NCBI GenBank assembly: GCA_013265495.1
Contig: MU061579.1
Span: forward strand, 3,830,175 to 3,850,174
DNA: 20,000 bases
Source of the DNA: Vicugna vicugna
Taxonomy: Eukaryota
Reading direction: 5' to 3'
Part shown: positions 1 to 11,499 of the stretch, one piece after another
Layout: each line of letters opens with the position of its first letter
Numbering within the stretch: the stretch's first letter is position 1
Translations under genes and position numbers: made by a program
Notes under the pieces: generated by a model
What the model saw: the letters and a program-made list of their open reading frames with translations, nothing else
The model's database searches: none
What the model was told of the DNA's origin: nothing

Positions 1-1912
1 ATAGTAAAAAAATAAAACAAAGAGTACTTTATGTATGGAAATTTATTGTATAAGGTCACATCAGTTCCTCAGATTGGAGTGAAGTTTCAGTTCTATTTCA
101 AAAAATAAACAACTTGGCATATGATTTCCTACACCTCATATATAGTCTAAGAAGTTGGAAATATTATGACACACTTATACTGAGAATGTATGTTGATAAT
201 CAAGAAGCAAAATTGTAACATAATACTCAACTGTGAAAAGTTGAAAATCTTCCTGCTAAAATCTGGAACAAGACAAGGATGCTCACTCTCACCACTTCTA
301 TACAACATAGTATTGGAAAGCCTAGCAACAGCAATGAGACAAGAAAAAGAAATAAAAGGTATCCAAATAAGTAGGGAAGAGGTAAAATTGGCATTATATA
401 TTAATGGCATGATACAATATATAGAAAACTCTAAAGACTCCACACAAAACCGCTAGAACTGATAAAGAAATTCAGCAAAGTAGCAATATACAAGATTAAC
501 ATACAGAAATCTGTTGCATTGCTTTATACTAACAATGAAATATCAGGAAGGGGAAATAAAAAAAAATCGCTTTTAAAATTGTATCAAAAAAATAAAAAGG
601 GGGTGAAAGGCATATACACTGAGAAATATAAAACAGTGATAAAAGAAACTAAAGATGATTTAAAGAACAGGAAAGATATCCCATGTTGTTGAATTAGAAG
701 AATTGATATTGTTAAATTGGCCATATTACCAAGGCAATCTACAGGCTTAATGTGATCCCTATCAAATTACCCATGACACTTTTCACAGAACTAGAACAAA
801 TAATCCTAAAAGTTATATGGAATCACAAAAGACCCAGAATTGCCAAAGCAATCCTGAGGAAAAAGAACAAAGATGGAGGCATAACCTTCCCAAATGTCAG
901 ACAATATTACAAAACTCCAGTAACCAAAACAGTGTGGTATCGGCACAAAAACAGATATATGGATCAATGGAACAGAATAGAGAGCCCAAAAATAAACTCA
1001 TATACCTATGGTAAATTAATAATTGACAAAGGAGGCAAGAATATACAATGGAAAAAGATAGTCTTTTAGGCAAGTGGTGTTGAGAAAGCTGCACAGCCAC
1101 ATGAAAATCAATGAAGTTAGAATACTCTCTCACACCATACACAAAAATAAATTCAAAATGGCTTAAATATTTAAATATAAGACAGGACACCATAAAAATC
1201 CTAGAAGAGAAAATAGGTAACATCTTCTCTGACATAAATTGCAGCAATATTTTCTTAGGTTAGTCTCCCAAGGCAATAGAAAAAAAGCAAAAATAAGCAA
1301 ATGGGGCCTAAACAAATGTATAAGCTTTTACACAGCAAAGAAAACCATAAACAAAACAAAAGACCTACACACTGGAAGAAAATATTTGCAAATGATGCAG
1401 CCGACAAGGGATTAATTCCAAAATATACAAACATCTCATACAATTCAATAACAAAAGAAACAAATAATCCAATCAAAAATGAACAGAAGACCTAAAAAGA
1501 CATTTCTCCAATGAAGACAAAGAGATGACCAATAGGCACATGCAGAGATGTTCAATGTCTTTAGTTATCAGAGAAGTGAAAATCAAAACTACAATGAGGT
1601 ATTACCTCACACCAATCAGAATGGCCACCATTAAAAAGTACACAAACAGTAAATGCTGGAAAGGGTGTGCAGAAAAGGAAACCATCCTACACTACTGGTA
1701 AAGCAGGTATGGAAAACACTATGGATATTCTTAAAAAAACTGAAATAGACATCATATGATCCAGCAATCCCACTCCTGGGCATATATCTGGAGAAAACTC
1801 TAATTTGAAAAATACATGCACCCCTCTGTTCATAGAAGCACTATTTACAATAGCTAAGATATAGAAACAACCTAAATGTCCATGGACAGATGAATGAGTA
1901 AAGAAGATATAG

Positions 1913-1963
1913 TATATATAATATATATACATATATGAATATATATGAATATATATATGAATA
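1913..1963. repeat. (TA)n/(ATATATGA)n low-complexity repeat inside L1
   Basis: tatatataatatatatacatatatgaatatatatgaatatatatatgaata read directly. Confidence 0.85.
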
Positions 1964-2332
1964 TTACTCTGCCATTAAAAAGAATGAAATAATGCCATTT
2001 GCAGGAACATGGCTGGACCTAGAGATTATCATACCAAGTGAAATAAGTCAGACAGAGAAAAGACAAATATCATGTGACATTACTTATATGTGGGATCTAA
2101 AATACGATACAAATTAACTTATTTACAAAACAGAAACAGACTAACAGACATAGAAAACAAACTTATGGTTACCAAAGAGTAAAGAGAGGAGGGGAAGGAT
2201 AAATTAGGAGTTTGGGATTAGCAGATACAAACTACTGCATATAAAATAGATAAACAACAAGGTCCTATTATATAGCATAGGGAACTATATGCTGTATCTT
2301 ATAACCTTTAATGAAAAACAATATGAAAAGGA

Positions 2333-2357
2333 GTGCATGTATGTATGTATGTGTGTG

Positions 2358-2393
<36 letters not shown>
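2333..2393. repeat. Compound microsatellite (ATGT)n(GT)4 AT (AC)16 in the L1 3' UTR
   Basis: Directly visible; (AC)16 at 2361-2392. Confidence 0.95.
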
Positions 2394-2394
<1 letters not shown>

Positions 2395-2964
2395 CTGAAT
2401 CACTTTGCTGCACCCCAGAAACTAATACAACCAAATCAACCAAACTTCAATTTTAAAAAATTTACCTCCTTGAAAAAAAAGAAGCAAAATTTCACATGGG
2501 GTAACTGTCTTGACTTTTTTCCAATCTAATTCTATTATCAACTTTTCTTTATCTATACTTAGATCTAAGTAACTAATTTTGTTGTATTCTATCTGGAAAT
2601 CCTAACTTTAAAGAGAGTATTACTTCTTTAAAATTATTTTTATGCTCTTTTTACTTAACATAGTCTTAAAATACTTAAATGTTAAAATTATTCTTTCCAG
2701 AAAATTTTAATTTGCTGCTTAATTCCAGGGTGATGAGATGTCCAGAAATGTTGAAACGCCTTACTAAAACTAGTGACCTAATTCCATATGGAAACGCAAT
2801 TTTAAACTGATACGGTTCTCTGCTGGAATATTTTAATTTTTTCCTGTTTCCAATGAAAATCTGTTTTAAACTACACTTCTTGGTTCTTTGAGAATTATTA
2901 CCAAATGGAACTTAATTCAAAAAGAAAAAAAAACATAATATATATATATACACAGTGATGGAGC

Positions 2965-3115
2965 AGGAAGGAAGTATAGAATATGTCTCATCCAGTGCCC
3001 TTATGTAAGGAAGAAGAAACTTAAAACCAGACAGGGCAAGTTGTCAAAAGTTTATTCGACGAAGCAGAGTCACAGCCAAAACTGGATACAAGTTATCCTA
3101 CTTACTGACCACTTG
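2965..3115 (-). mobile_element. MIR/MIR3 SINE relic
   Basis: gaagaaacttaaaaccagacagggcaagttgtcaaaagt...cagccaaaactggatacaagttatcctac resembles the antisense MIR core (gaggaaactgaggcccagagag...ttgcccaaggtc). Confidence 0.55.
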
Positions 3116-4009
3116 CCATGAGCAGTGTTTAATGTGGGCTGGAATGTAAAATAATTTCCCAATCCAGAAACTTAAGTGATTTTTAGACACTAACCATATC
3201 AATATATTTTATCATTGCTTCTTTAAAACACTGAAACTTATTAACATTGATGACTTCTCACTAGAAACACTAATAAAATTATTTTGTCAAGTTTAAGAAT
3301 TGTATTGTCCATTAAGTTCAAAATGTTGGCTGCAGAAATTTTTTTAGCACTAAATGTTTCACATTCAGATATCTCAGTAAGTAATTCTCAAATAAATTTA
3401 GAATTGTGGACAGGATAATTATCTTTGATAATAGTCTAAAAATAAAGTATTATCTTATTCAGTATAGAAATCTGACCTGTATCAAGATGTTCTAAAGTGA
3501 TTACACACACCCACACACATAAGACACATGCACTTACAAGCACAACCATTGTTCAAATCACATATATTTGTCCTACAGAAATTAAGTGCCACATGAAGGA
3601 GACACAGGTATGTAGCTATTTTTCACCATTAATAATCATTGGTGTATAATACTTTTAATACAAAATTATAAATGCAGAAAGCAGTAAAAAATTTTTAGTG
3701 AACCTAAACTCTAACCACCTGCTCAAAGCCACTGTAAATATTCTGAGTTTTTTTTCCCGGACTCTTAACTATCCATGTGTGTTCCTAGGTGCATCTGTGT
3801 GTGTTGTGCTAAAGGAGAATTTAGAAAAATCTGAATGCATAATATTTGATTTCCTTTGTCCAAAGATGGTGCAGGTACTTTAAGAATTAAACTACTATAT
3901 GGAGGCCGAATACACATTTCTACAACTTGAAATGTTGATTTATAATCATTTGTCTCTTATTTAAAATTTTTTGGTTACATTTTTGTAATGTTCTACTTTA
4001 AAAATAGTG

Positions 4010-4115
4010 GAATTTATTTCTATCAATTTTCCTCTAAATACAGCTGGCCAAATTCCTTGAGTTTGGATGCAGAGAACTTTCATTTTTGTAATATTTAAGT
4101 TTCTTCTTTTTATAA
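4010..4115 (-). mobile_element. Small old L1M ORF2 fragment
   Basis: tatcaattttcctctaaatacagct...ttccttgagtttggatgcagagaactttcattttt resembles antisense L1 ORF2 (tataaatttccctctaagcactgc...). Confidence 0.45.
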
Positions 4116-4161
4116 TTTTAGTGTAACCATTCACTAGTTAGACACTGGGAGGCTGATTTCC

Positions 4162-4484
4162 GTTCATTAATTCAATAAAATTTTTTGTGTCCACAGAATA
4201 CGAGAATCATTCTTCAGATGGCAAGGTGAAAGCAGTGAAAAAACACCACCAAAGCAGTAACACAGCCCTGATCTAACAGAACTTACATTCTGATAGGTAA
4301 ACAGATATGACAAAAATCAGACAAAATAAAATATGATGCCAGAGAGTATTAGTACTGTGAACAAAAATAAAGCAAGATAAAGGGATATGAACAATAGGAA
4401 AAATTGTTTGTGCTGGAGTCGTTTCAGGAAGCCTTTCTTGAGAGGTAACATTTGAGCAGAGACAAATGAAGTGAGGGAATTAAG
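4162..4484 (-). mobile_element. LINE-2 3' end relic
   Basis: ttcattaattcaataaa start, gccctgatctaacagaacttacattct, aataaagcaagataaaggga and tcaggaagcctttcttgagaggtaacatttgagcagagac...gaagtgagggaattaag are typical antisense L2 motifs. Confidence 0.85.
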
Positions 4485-4487
4485 AAC

Positions 4488-4752
4488 TATGTCTCCCTGA
4501 ATCTGACAGCGGCATGGAATGAATGCTGTCAGCTACCTGAGCAAGGAAACAGATCCTCCATAAGTCAATTATCCAGAAGAAAACCCAGCCAGGGCCAGTC
4601 CTTGGTTGCCCCTTTGTTAGATCCTAATCAAAGGACCAAAGTAAAGCATGCCTAGACTCCTGAATCACAGACCATAGGAACTAAGAAATCTGTATCTTTT
4701 TACCCCACTGTTTTTGTGATAATTCATTATACAGCAATCAAAAACTAATAAA
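4488..4752 (+). mobile_element. MaLR LTR, 3' half (MLT1E/F-like)
   Basis: catgcctagactcctgaatcacagac...tttttgtgataattcattatacagcaatcaaaaactaataaa matches the MLT1 LTR terminus (ttgttacagcagcaatagaaaactaataca). Confidence 0.85.
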
Positions 4753-5500
4753 CATTTAAATACCTAGAGGTAGGGAGCTATTGTGACAAATACCTCAGAA
4801 TGTGGGGGTGGACTGGGCAATGGGCAGAGGCTGGAAGAATTTTGGGGAGTGTTATAGAGAAACTCTACATTTACTTGAACAAACCGTTAGTAAAATTATG
4901 GACTTTAAAGACGCTGTTGATGAGGGCTCAAAAATCAAGTGAGGAATGTGTCATTAGAAGCTGCGGTGAGGAGTATCCTTGTTATACACAAGTATCTGAT
5001 CCACAATAGGCAGGTAGAAGACCGATAAACTATGTACTTTTCATAAAAAGTTAAAATGACTCAAAGGATGGAGCCAAGAAACCAAAGAATAGAATAAAGA
5101 GCCACAAAAAACTTATTCTTCAGGCTTGAAATCTAATCAAGAAATTCCTAACATTTTCCCGGCTAGATCGGCACCTTTATTAAACAGGGTCTTATTTTTA
5201 CCTTGTATTTTCTAGTCCTTAAACTTAACATGTATAGCTCATATCCTATACCAGCCCTACTATCAGATAATACTGACCCAGATGGCGTGTCTTTTGTTTT
5301 ATAGACCCACAAATGGAAAAGGTTTTGTGTGTGTGTGTGTCCCAGGAGCTTTATTTAAAGGATTACATTCAGGAACCTCATCTATTCCAGAGCCTGATTT
5401 AGATGATGAGATTTTGGGCTTTGGTATGATGCATAATGGCATGAGATTCAGGGGAAATGTAGGAAAGAGTGCATGTATTTTGCTTTTGGGAGGAATATGA
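4753..5500 (+). mobile_element. MLT1 internal region (MLT1-int), internally deleted
   Basis: 5' motifs tgtgacaaatacctcagaatgtg...tgggcagaggctggaagaatttt directly follow the LTR. 3' motifs cctgatttagatgatgagattttgggctttg...tgtattttgcttttgggaggaatatga are present. Contains a (TG)7 at ~5326-5339. Confidence 0.8.
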
Positions 5501-6204
5501 TTAAACCTACATCAATGAAACAGCTCTGGGTCTTGGTCCTTATACATTCAGCCCTCCTTTATCTACCTCCAGAAGTAGTTAGAGGACCACTGGGCTAGGT
5601 TATTTCCAACTCCTTTCATCTCTGAAGCTTACATTTTACATTTCAGAGAGACACAGGTATTCAAATAAAAAAATTTATTCATCAAAGAACATGGCTCATG
5701 TTCTGGTCAGAAACACTGAATTTGTTTTCTAATTATAATATCAATATTTTTAAAGTATTTACCTCACAAAACTCCAGTGCTGTTTAAACATTTGAAGCCA
5801 AAATTCATGTGAGTACTTAACTCAAAGATGGTCTAGTGTACAGTAAATGAGTGCTGTAATTTAGATGATACAATCATAATTATTGTTAAATGATATTTTG
5901 TATGCATTACTTATTCTCGAATTAGGGTAGGAGTATCTTAGTGTGAAAAAGTAAGCAGAAGATATGATGAATATCAAGCCATGCTCATTCAGAAATCAGA
6001 AAATGTGATTTATTTATAATGATTCATGTCATTAAAAAATCTCTCCTTAAGTAACTTACCTTACTCCTAAAGAACATGAAGCTTTATTAAGTAAAATTAA
6101 GATAGTGTTCAAGAAGTAAACCTATCTGTGGATGTGTTCATGCTTTTAGACCCCTTCGTTTATGAAAGTATTTTTTCAATGTGCATGGCAGGATACCAAA
6201 TCCT

Positions 6205-6455
6205 CCTTTTCCCTTGAGAGCCCTCCTGGCCACTGCAAAAACAACTGTTCCCAATTAACTCTGGACCTATTGCACTTTTCTCTCTCTCAAGGCATTTATC
6301 ACTTGCTATAATGTAATAGAGTCACCAGTGCAAATTTCTTCTCCTCTAATGCCCAAGAACCCACTGGGAAAAGGGTTTGGTTTGATTCACCTTTATCTCA
6401 TTCTCTGTGCTTAGTTTTGTGAGTGATAGGTATGCAGAAGTTTATCAACTTGTTC
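6205..6455 (+). mobile_element. LINE-2 3' end relic
   Basis: ggcatttatcacttg...ttcttctcctcta...gggtttggtttgattcacctttatctc...gtgcttag resembles the sense L2 3' end. Confidence 0.65.
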
Positions 6456-6574
6456 TGTTTACTGCCAAAATGACTAAGGCTTAGAAATTTTCTGTGTTGT
6501 TTTAATGTAAAAAATAATTTTTAATAGACAGGAGATGTAATTTCTATTCTCTACTCTTTCTACTCCCAAAATCA

Positions 6575-6685
6575 CGTAATACTGTAGCTGTGAAAAGTAT
6601 GATTTAACCTTTGCAATTCCCCTGCATCATTGATGAAAAGGTATTATAATGTCTTACTTTTAGAATAAGAATATTCTGAACAAAA
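6575..6685 (+). mobile_element. MIR core relic
   Basis: tagctgtgaaaagtatgatttaacctttgcaattcccctgcatcattgatgaaaaggtattataatgtcttac is weakly similar to the MIR core. Confidence 0.45.
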
Positions 6686-6872
6686 AGATCTGTTTTCAAG
6701 TCCTTTGCAAGTCTTAGATCTTTGATAAGTGAGACCTTTCTGAATTTCCTGATGTATAAAGTAATTCCTCTGCATTATTCACAAAAGAATTCTAAAAAAT
6801 TATGGAAAATACAATCGACCTTCCTTTAATTCTCAACTAGGATTCCCAGATGTCCCTGTTGTAGAGGGATTT

Positions 6873-6905
6873 ATTTTTTATTTTTTATTTTTTATTTTTT
6901 TTTTT
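6873..6905. repeat. (ATTTTTT)n / poly-T tract
   Basis: Three ATTTTTT units followed by A and T11, read directly. Confidence 0.9.
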
Positions 6906-7364
6906 ACCAAGAAAGAGTTTGCTTGAAATAACAAAATAAAGTTATAGGACTGGACATGAAAGAGAAACCGAACACCTTCTGAATTTAATTTGAAAGCAAA
7001 AATAAGTGCTTGAAATAAAAAGATGGGGGTACAGAGAGGGAAAAAGCATATCAAGGTATATCAAGGCTAAACCCAGTTGGGAGGAACACTTGAAATATCA
7101 ATAAATATCTCTAAGATAGATGACAAAAGTATTCTTAGGGAGGTGTATATCACACTAGACCCCACACTGCTTTTCACTAGCTCTTAATTTTTTTTTTATG
7201 TAATAGTCTTTGATTCGGTTAGATGAGCAGGACTTAGAAAGTTTTTTGGCTGGTGAAGAATTCTGCAGTTTTACAACAAAGAGGAGTATGAGTAAGAGGA
7301 ATTTAGAGGAGCTCATTATTTGTCAGTGTTTCAGTATTAGTATCCTATATTTACATCCCCTGTC

Positions 7365-7580
7365 ATTCTCTGCTGGAAAACATTCACTGCCTTTAAAGGG
7401 CTTATGCAATTGAGTCCTGCCTAGAAAATTTCCTTATCTTAAAATCAACTATGCTATGTAATACAACATTATCACAGGAGTGAAAGCTCATCATATTTAC
7501 CAGTTCCAGTTACATCCCAAGGGGAGGAGATTATTCAAGGCCAGGGTCATTGAGGATCATTTTTACAATTCTGACCATCA
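7365..7580 (-). mobile_element. MaLR LTR, 5' half (MLT1E/F-like)
   Basis: tttaaagggcttatgcaatt...aatcaactatgctatgtaatacaacattatcacaggagtga...caaggggaggagattattcaagg...gtcattgaggatcatttttacaattctgaccatca is the antisense of the MLT1 LTR start (tgtggtaggcagaattctaagatgacccc). Confidence 0.85.
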
Positions 7581-7689
7581 AAATAGGGAAAGGAGTTCAA
7601 CTTCAGCCCAGATTCATAAGCTCTGATTTAATGCAAAAAGGAGGCCATCAGTTATTTTTCGTATATACTGTTTGTTAACATTAATAGAG

Positions 7690-7905
7690 AATACAATAAT
7701 AATAAAAATTTACACAGTATTTTTCCACAGACACTTTCACATTTGCTCCTCACAGAAACCTAGCAACTCTTATTATACCTGCCTTCTAGAGGTAGAAATG
7801 GAGCAAAGCGATTTTAAGTAAACTCTCCTCAAGTTCGACCAATGGAAAATTCTGCATTCAAAAAAAAAAGTATGATTCTAAACACATTATGTTTTACTTC
7901 ATACA
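7690..7905 (-). mobile_element. MIR SINE relic
   Basis: aataataataaaaatttac...cactttcacatttgctcctcacagaaaccta...ttattatacc...tagaggtagaaatggagc. Confidence 0.7.
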
Positions 7906-10431
7906 AAATTATTTACAGTAGATAATTTACTGTTACCAGAATCATCAAACATGATTGCTCTCACGACAGAGTAGAGTGAGTGTGTTCTAATGCCCATGGT
8001 ATGTTTTGTGATATAACTACGTGAGTTACAAATAATGTGAATATTAAATTAGAGATGAAATCCAAGATGAAGTGAGTCATGTTTCCCTGCAGCTCTGAGG
8101 CAACGATGGTGTTAAATGTTAGAGCTGAGAATATAGGAAAAGGACTCAGCCCAGGGCTCTTCATCACCAGGTGACTTGCCTTTCTTTAAGAGGCTCTCCA
8201 ACTGCTTGAGTGATGGAAATCAGGTTTTCCCCTTTGCTAAATGTCTGCAAGCCCATTCTGACCTACTTAGCTTTCTAAACAGATTTCCCTGGTGCTATAT
8301 GGCAGGAGTTGCATTGCGGAGGGAAAAACAGCATTCTTTATACTCCTTTAACCTGTGGACTGCCACATCTATTTCATTTCCCAAGAATTACGTCAGTCTC
8401 TTTCCTTCTGTTTGAGTTGGTTGATGGTTATAAAGCTTCATTACCAGAGAACTACGTAAACGAGGTATCGTTATATGCAGATCCACAAAGACACGGAAAT
8501 TATTTAAGACAACATAACCCCTTGAGGATATTTTTTAACAGAGAGTTTACCTCTGGCATATTTCTGCCAAGTTAAAGAAATATACAACTTTAGTAACTAG
8601 AAGGCCTTAATATATTGCTTGCACAACTTGTACAAGGAATCTCAATGATGGTCCCTGGGAGAATTCTGCTTGAATAGGATTTAGACTTATTAGTTCATGC
8701 AATGTTGATTTTTGAGTATTGGTCTTCTGAGAAAGACAGAGTACTTCACAAACTGTGTACTTTAGCCTCAATGGCCCGGGGATTTCTCACAGAGGCTATC
8801 TTTCTCTCATATTCTGAGTGTGATTACATAGCACACTTTTCTAAGAGTTCAAGTGGTAAAACAAAGACATCTACAGGAATTACTCATTACAGTATTTTCA
8901 AGTGGAAGGCTAACCACATCTAATAACAGTATAGGCAAAAAATAATGGACAATTAAAAAAAGAAAATATATGTCTACATATATGACAGTGAGAAAGAAAG
9001 GTAAGGAGATAATAGATGATAGATTTGTGAACATGTTGGTGTTTCGACTTTCTGAAATTCTTAAATTTGGCATGGTAAAATGGTTTAAAGATACTTTCCT
9101 TCGATTTTGACATCTGGATAAGAAAAGTAAAAGTAGATACTTAGAGAGAGGAACTGATTTAGTAGAGTATTTCTTCCAACTGTGACTCAGAGTATGCATG
9201 CTTTGCTCATATAAGCACCATATTTGAACCTAAGTTTCCAGACTTATTTTCTCAAGTAAAACTGAATATGCTGATAAAAGAGGTTTCCCCCCATTTATAA
9301 TATATTTAATTTTAAAACAACAAAAGTTATAATATAATTAGTATATTAGAGTAAATATGAACACAGAATTTTTATTACTCAAGGAATACTTAGAGGGTTT
9401 CTGAGTTCTAAATTTTCCAAAGAAGCATCAGCTGGGTATGTATTTACTGAAAGATGGTAGGTTAAAAGTTGTCATAAGAGTCTCGATTTATTCACTTCAA
9501 TTTATACATATAGAACACTTCAGGTATATCATTCTGCATCATCATTCTACTGACTCATTCTATTCATAGCAGGAATATGTTTGCCAAAGTTTATTAGAAA
9601 ATGGTAGTAATATCTCAACCAATTTTGCTCTAAACTTTGCAATTTTGACGATTCTAATTTAGTTCCTAAAGCAGCTAAAGTGCCAGTATATTAAACCAAG
9701 TTTCCCAAAAGTAAAAAAAAAACCAAAAAAACCAAAAAAACAACATTTATGGTAACAATACTGGATTTTATTCAAAATGAAGATAATTTATTTTTGTTGA
9801 CTTTAGCATACATGAAAACATGTCATTAATTCTGGAACTCTATTAAAGACAGTATTATTTACTTTTGTAGATATACACAAAGAACATATTTCGTAGCTTA
9901 TTACAGTCAAATACATTAAATTTTCTCCAGCTTTGATACTGAATCACTAATTACTTTACTTGGTACCTGTCAAGTAATCTGCCACATTCAGCTTTTTGTT
10001 CATTTGTTTTAAATTTTCATTATGTAAATGAGACTAATGGCAAGATTTTGATACTCATCTGACTTCTTATAAGTACAAGAGAAACATCCTCCCTGGAAAA
10101 TGGTTGCTTGGAAAATTGTAGTTGAATGAAATCTATTATTATTAAAATATATACATTAGTATATATTTTTCTGTCCTTTAAAGCATGTTATGCATACCTT
10201 CCAACAACAACAAAAAATCCTTTCATTTTAAACTGTGAAAGATCTATGTTAAAGAAGGTATTCCTTTTTTAATAATGAAAAGCCAGTAGATCAGTAGATA
10301 GACATTGTTTCTGGTTACAGATTTACTCCTAGGTAGACAGGTGACTTTATGCAAGTTAGTTATAAACTTTCTAGAAATCAGCTCCTCTGTTAGAAAATTA
10401 CGCAAACTAACTAGGGTCTTAAAGCATCCTG

Positions 10432-10688
10432 GTATCACTAGGATAAGCAAGGCTATGCTGATATAATGGGTAAAAAAATCGAAATCTTCAGTGGCACTCT
10501 CTTTTGTTTTAAGTTCATACAAATTCTTTAAAGATCCAGGCAACTCTCTATGGTCACTGTCCTCTATGAAGCTCCTTGGTGACTGGGAGTGAGGATGCTG
10601 TTGCTATAATATCTAGAACATGTAGCTTTTTTCAGTGATGCAAGAAAATGAAGGTGGGTTGTGCGTAAGCAATTATATGCTTTGTAAT
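10432..10688 (-). mobile_element. Old MaLR LTR (MLT1J/K-like), part 1
   Basis: tatcactaggataagcaaggctatgctgatataa...aaatcttcagtggc matches the antisense MLT1J/K 3' terminus (tcagttaggataggctaggttatgctgcagtaacaaa...atctcagtggc). Confidence 0.7.
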
Positions 10689-11499
10689 TGACAAAGACTC
10701 CCTTCTTGACCAAAGTCTAGATAGAGTCCTCAGATTCCTTTTTCAACTAGGCTCTGTCCTTGGGTCTTGGCTTCAAGAACCCAGTTGTAGCAAGGGTCTT
10801 GTTAAGTCAGTTTAGCAAGAATCCCCCACCCTCAATATCTGATCATCCTTGATATCTGATCAAATTCCTCAACCCCCACTACTACAGGGTGAATACTTGG
10901 GAACCTAATTCCCAGTGGGATGTTATTAAGAGGTGGAACCTTTGGGAGGTGATTAGGTCATGAGGGTGGAGCCTTCAGGTATAGGATCAGTGCCCCTATA
11001 AAGCAGACCCCAGAGAAATCCCTTGCTCTTCTCACCAAGGTGAAGTTACAGCAAGAGGGTGCCTTCTATGAAGTAGAAAGCAGAACCTCACCAGATACTG
11101 AATTTGCTAGCTCCATGATTGAGGAGTCTCAAGTCTTCAGAACTGTGAGGAGTAAATTTGTTGTTTATAAGCTACCTAGTCAATGATATTCTGTTATAGC
11201 ATACCAACAGACTAATTCCCCCAGCAAATATTTCATCACTTTGGCTTGCCCTCAGCAAGAATTGTTTTAGATCAGTTTGGCAAGAATCTCTCTATTCCCT
11301 TAGGAACTTACTACCCACAGAACATCCACCACCACCACCACCAACCCTGCTCCTTAACTATAAATCATCAGTTTTTCTTGTTGAATTTGAAATTGAGCCT
11401 AATTATATACTTAGGGTTTTTTTCCCCTCTGTTGTACTAGGGCCTGAAAAACTCAGTTTTTACCACTTCAACAATTGTCCAGCTTGGTTTTCTTTTAAA
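10689..11499 (+). mobile_element. ERV1 solo LTR (MER39-like), split by an MLT1A0-like insertion at 10880-11219
   Basis: Starts tgacaaagactcccttcttgaccaaa. Carries repeated tcagtttagcaagaatc and gatatctgatca motifs on both sides of the insert, and ccctgctccttaactataaat. Ends ttcaacaattgtccagcttggttttcttttaaa. Confidence 0.85.
10880..11219 (+). mobile_element. MaLR solo LTR (MLT1A0-like)
   Basis: ttaagaggtggaacctttgggaggtgattaggtcatgagggtggagcc...cagaactgtgaggagtaaatttgttgtttataagctacctagtc...ttatagcataccaacagactaa. Possible 5-bp TSD cccac (10875-10879) / cccag (11220-11224). Confidence 0.92.

Larger units (their letters stand above)
215..2478 (+). mobile_element. 5'-truncated LINE-1 (cetartiodactyl L1_Art-like 3' UTR) with decayed ORF2 RT/C-terminal region
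   Basis: ORF2-like peptides [23 protein letters not shown] (190-456) and [46 protein letters not shown] (752-1069), broken by stops and frameshifts. L1 3' UTR at ~1960-2460, A-rich tail, and a perfect 13-bp TSD aagaagcaaaatt at 202-214 and 2479-2491. Confidence 0.96.

Noticed and set aside
147..2117. Cluster of ORFs on both strands (190-456, 752-1069, 897-1247, 1255-1476, 1935-2117 etc.) as genes or a retron/RT system
   Set aside because: They are frameshifted L1 ORF2 pieces and their antisense shadows; the catalytic motif is lost and stops are frequent.
5636..5662. 10-nt micro-exon (tttcag|agagacacag|gtattc) sharing gagacacaggta with 3599-3610
   Set aside because: Weak donor, and a 12-bp match within 20 kb of AT-rich DNA is not strong enough to infer duplication.
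5684..5735. Possible MIR head fragment
   Set aside because: Too short and diverged to support by eye.
8176..9199. Overlapping 67-116 aa ORFs in unique sequence
   Set aside because: No recognisable domain, no convincing exon boundaries, and lengths are within chance expectation.
9713..9745. A-rich tract (AAAAAACC)n as a retrocopy poly(A) tail
   Set aside because: No TSD and no upstream mRNA-like or SINE body recognised.
10244..10543. 99-aa minus-strand ORF
   Set aside because: Non-ATG start inside an MLT1 relic; no recognisable homology.
10816..11290. Repeated motifs tcagtttagcaagaatc / gatatctgatca as a CRISPR-like or novel array
   Set aside because: These are internal repeats of the MER39-like LTR, with no regular repeat-spacer periodicity, in a eukaryotic context.
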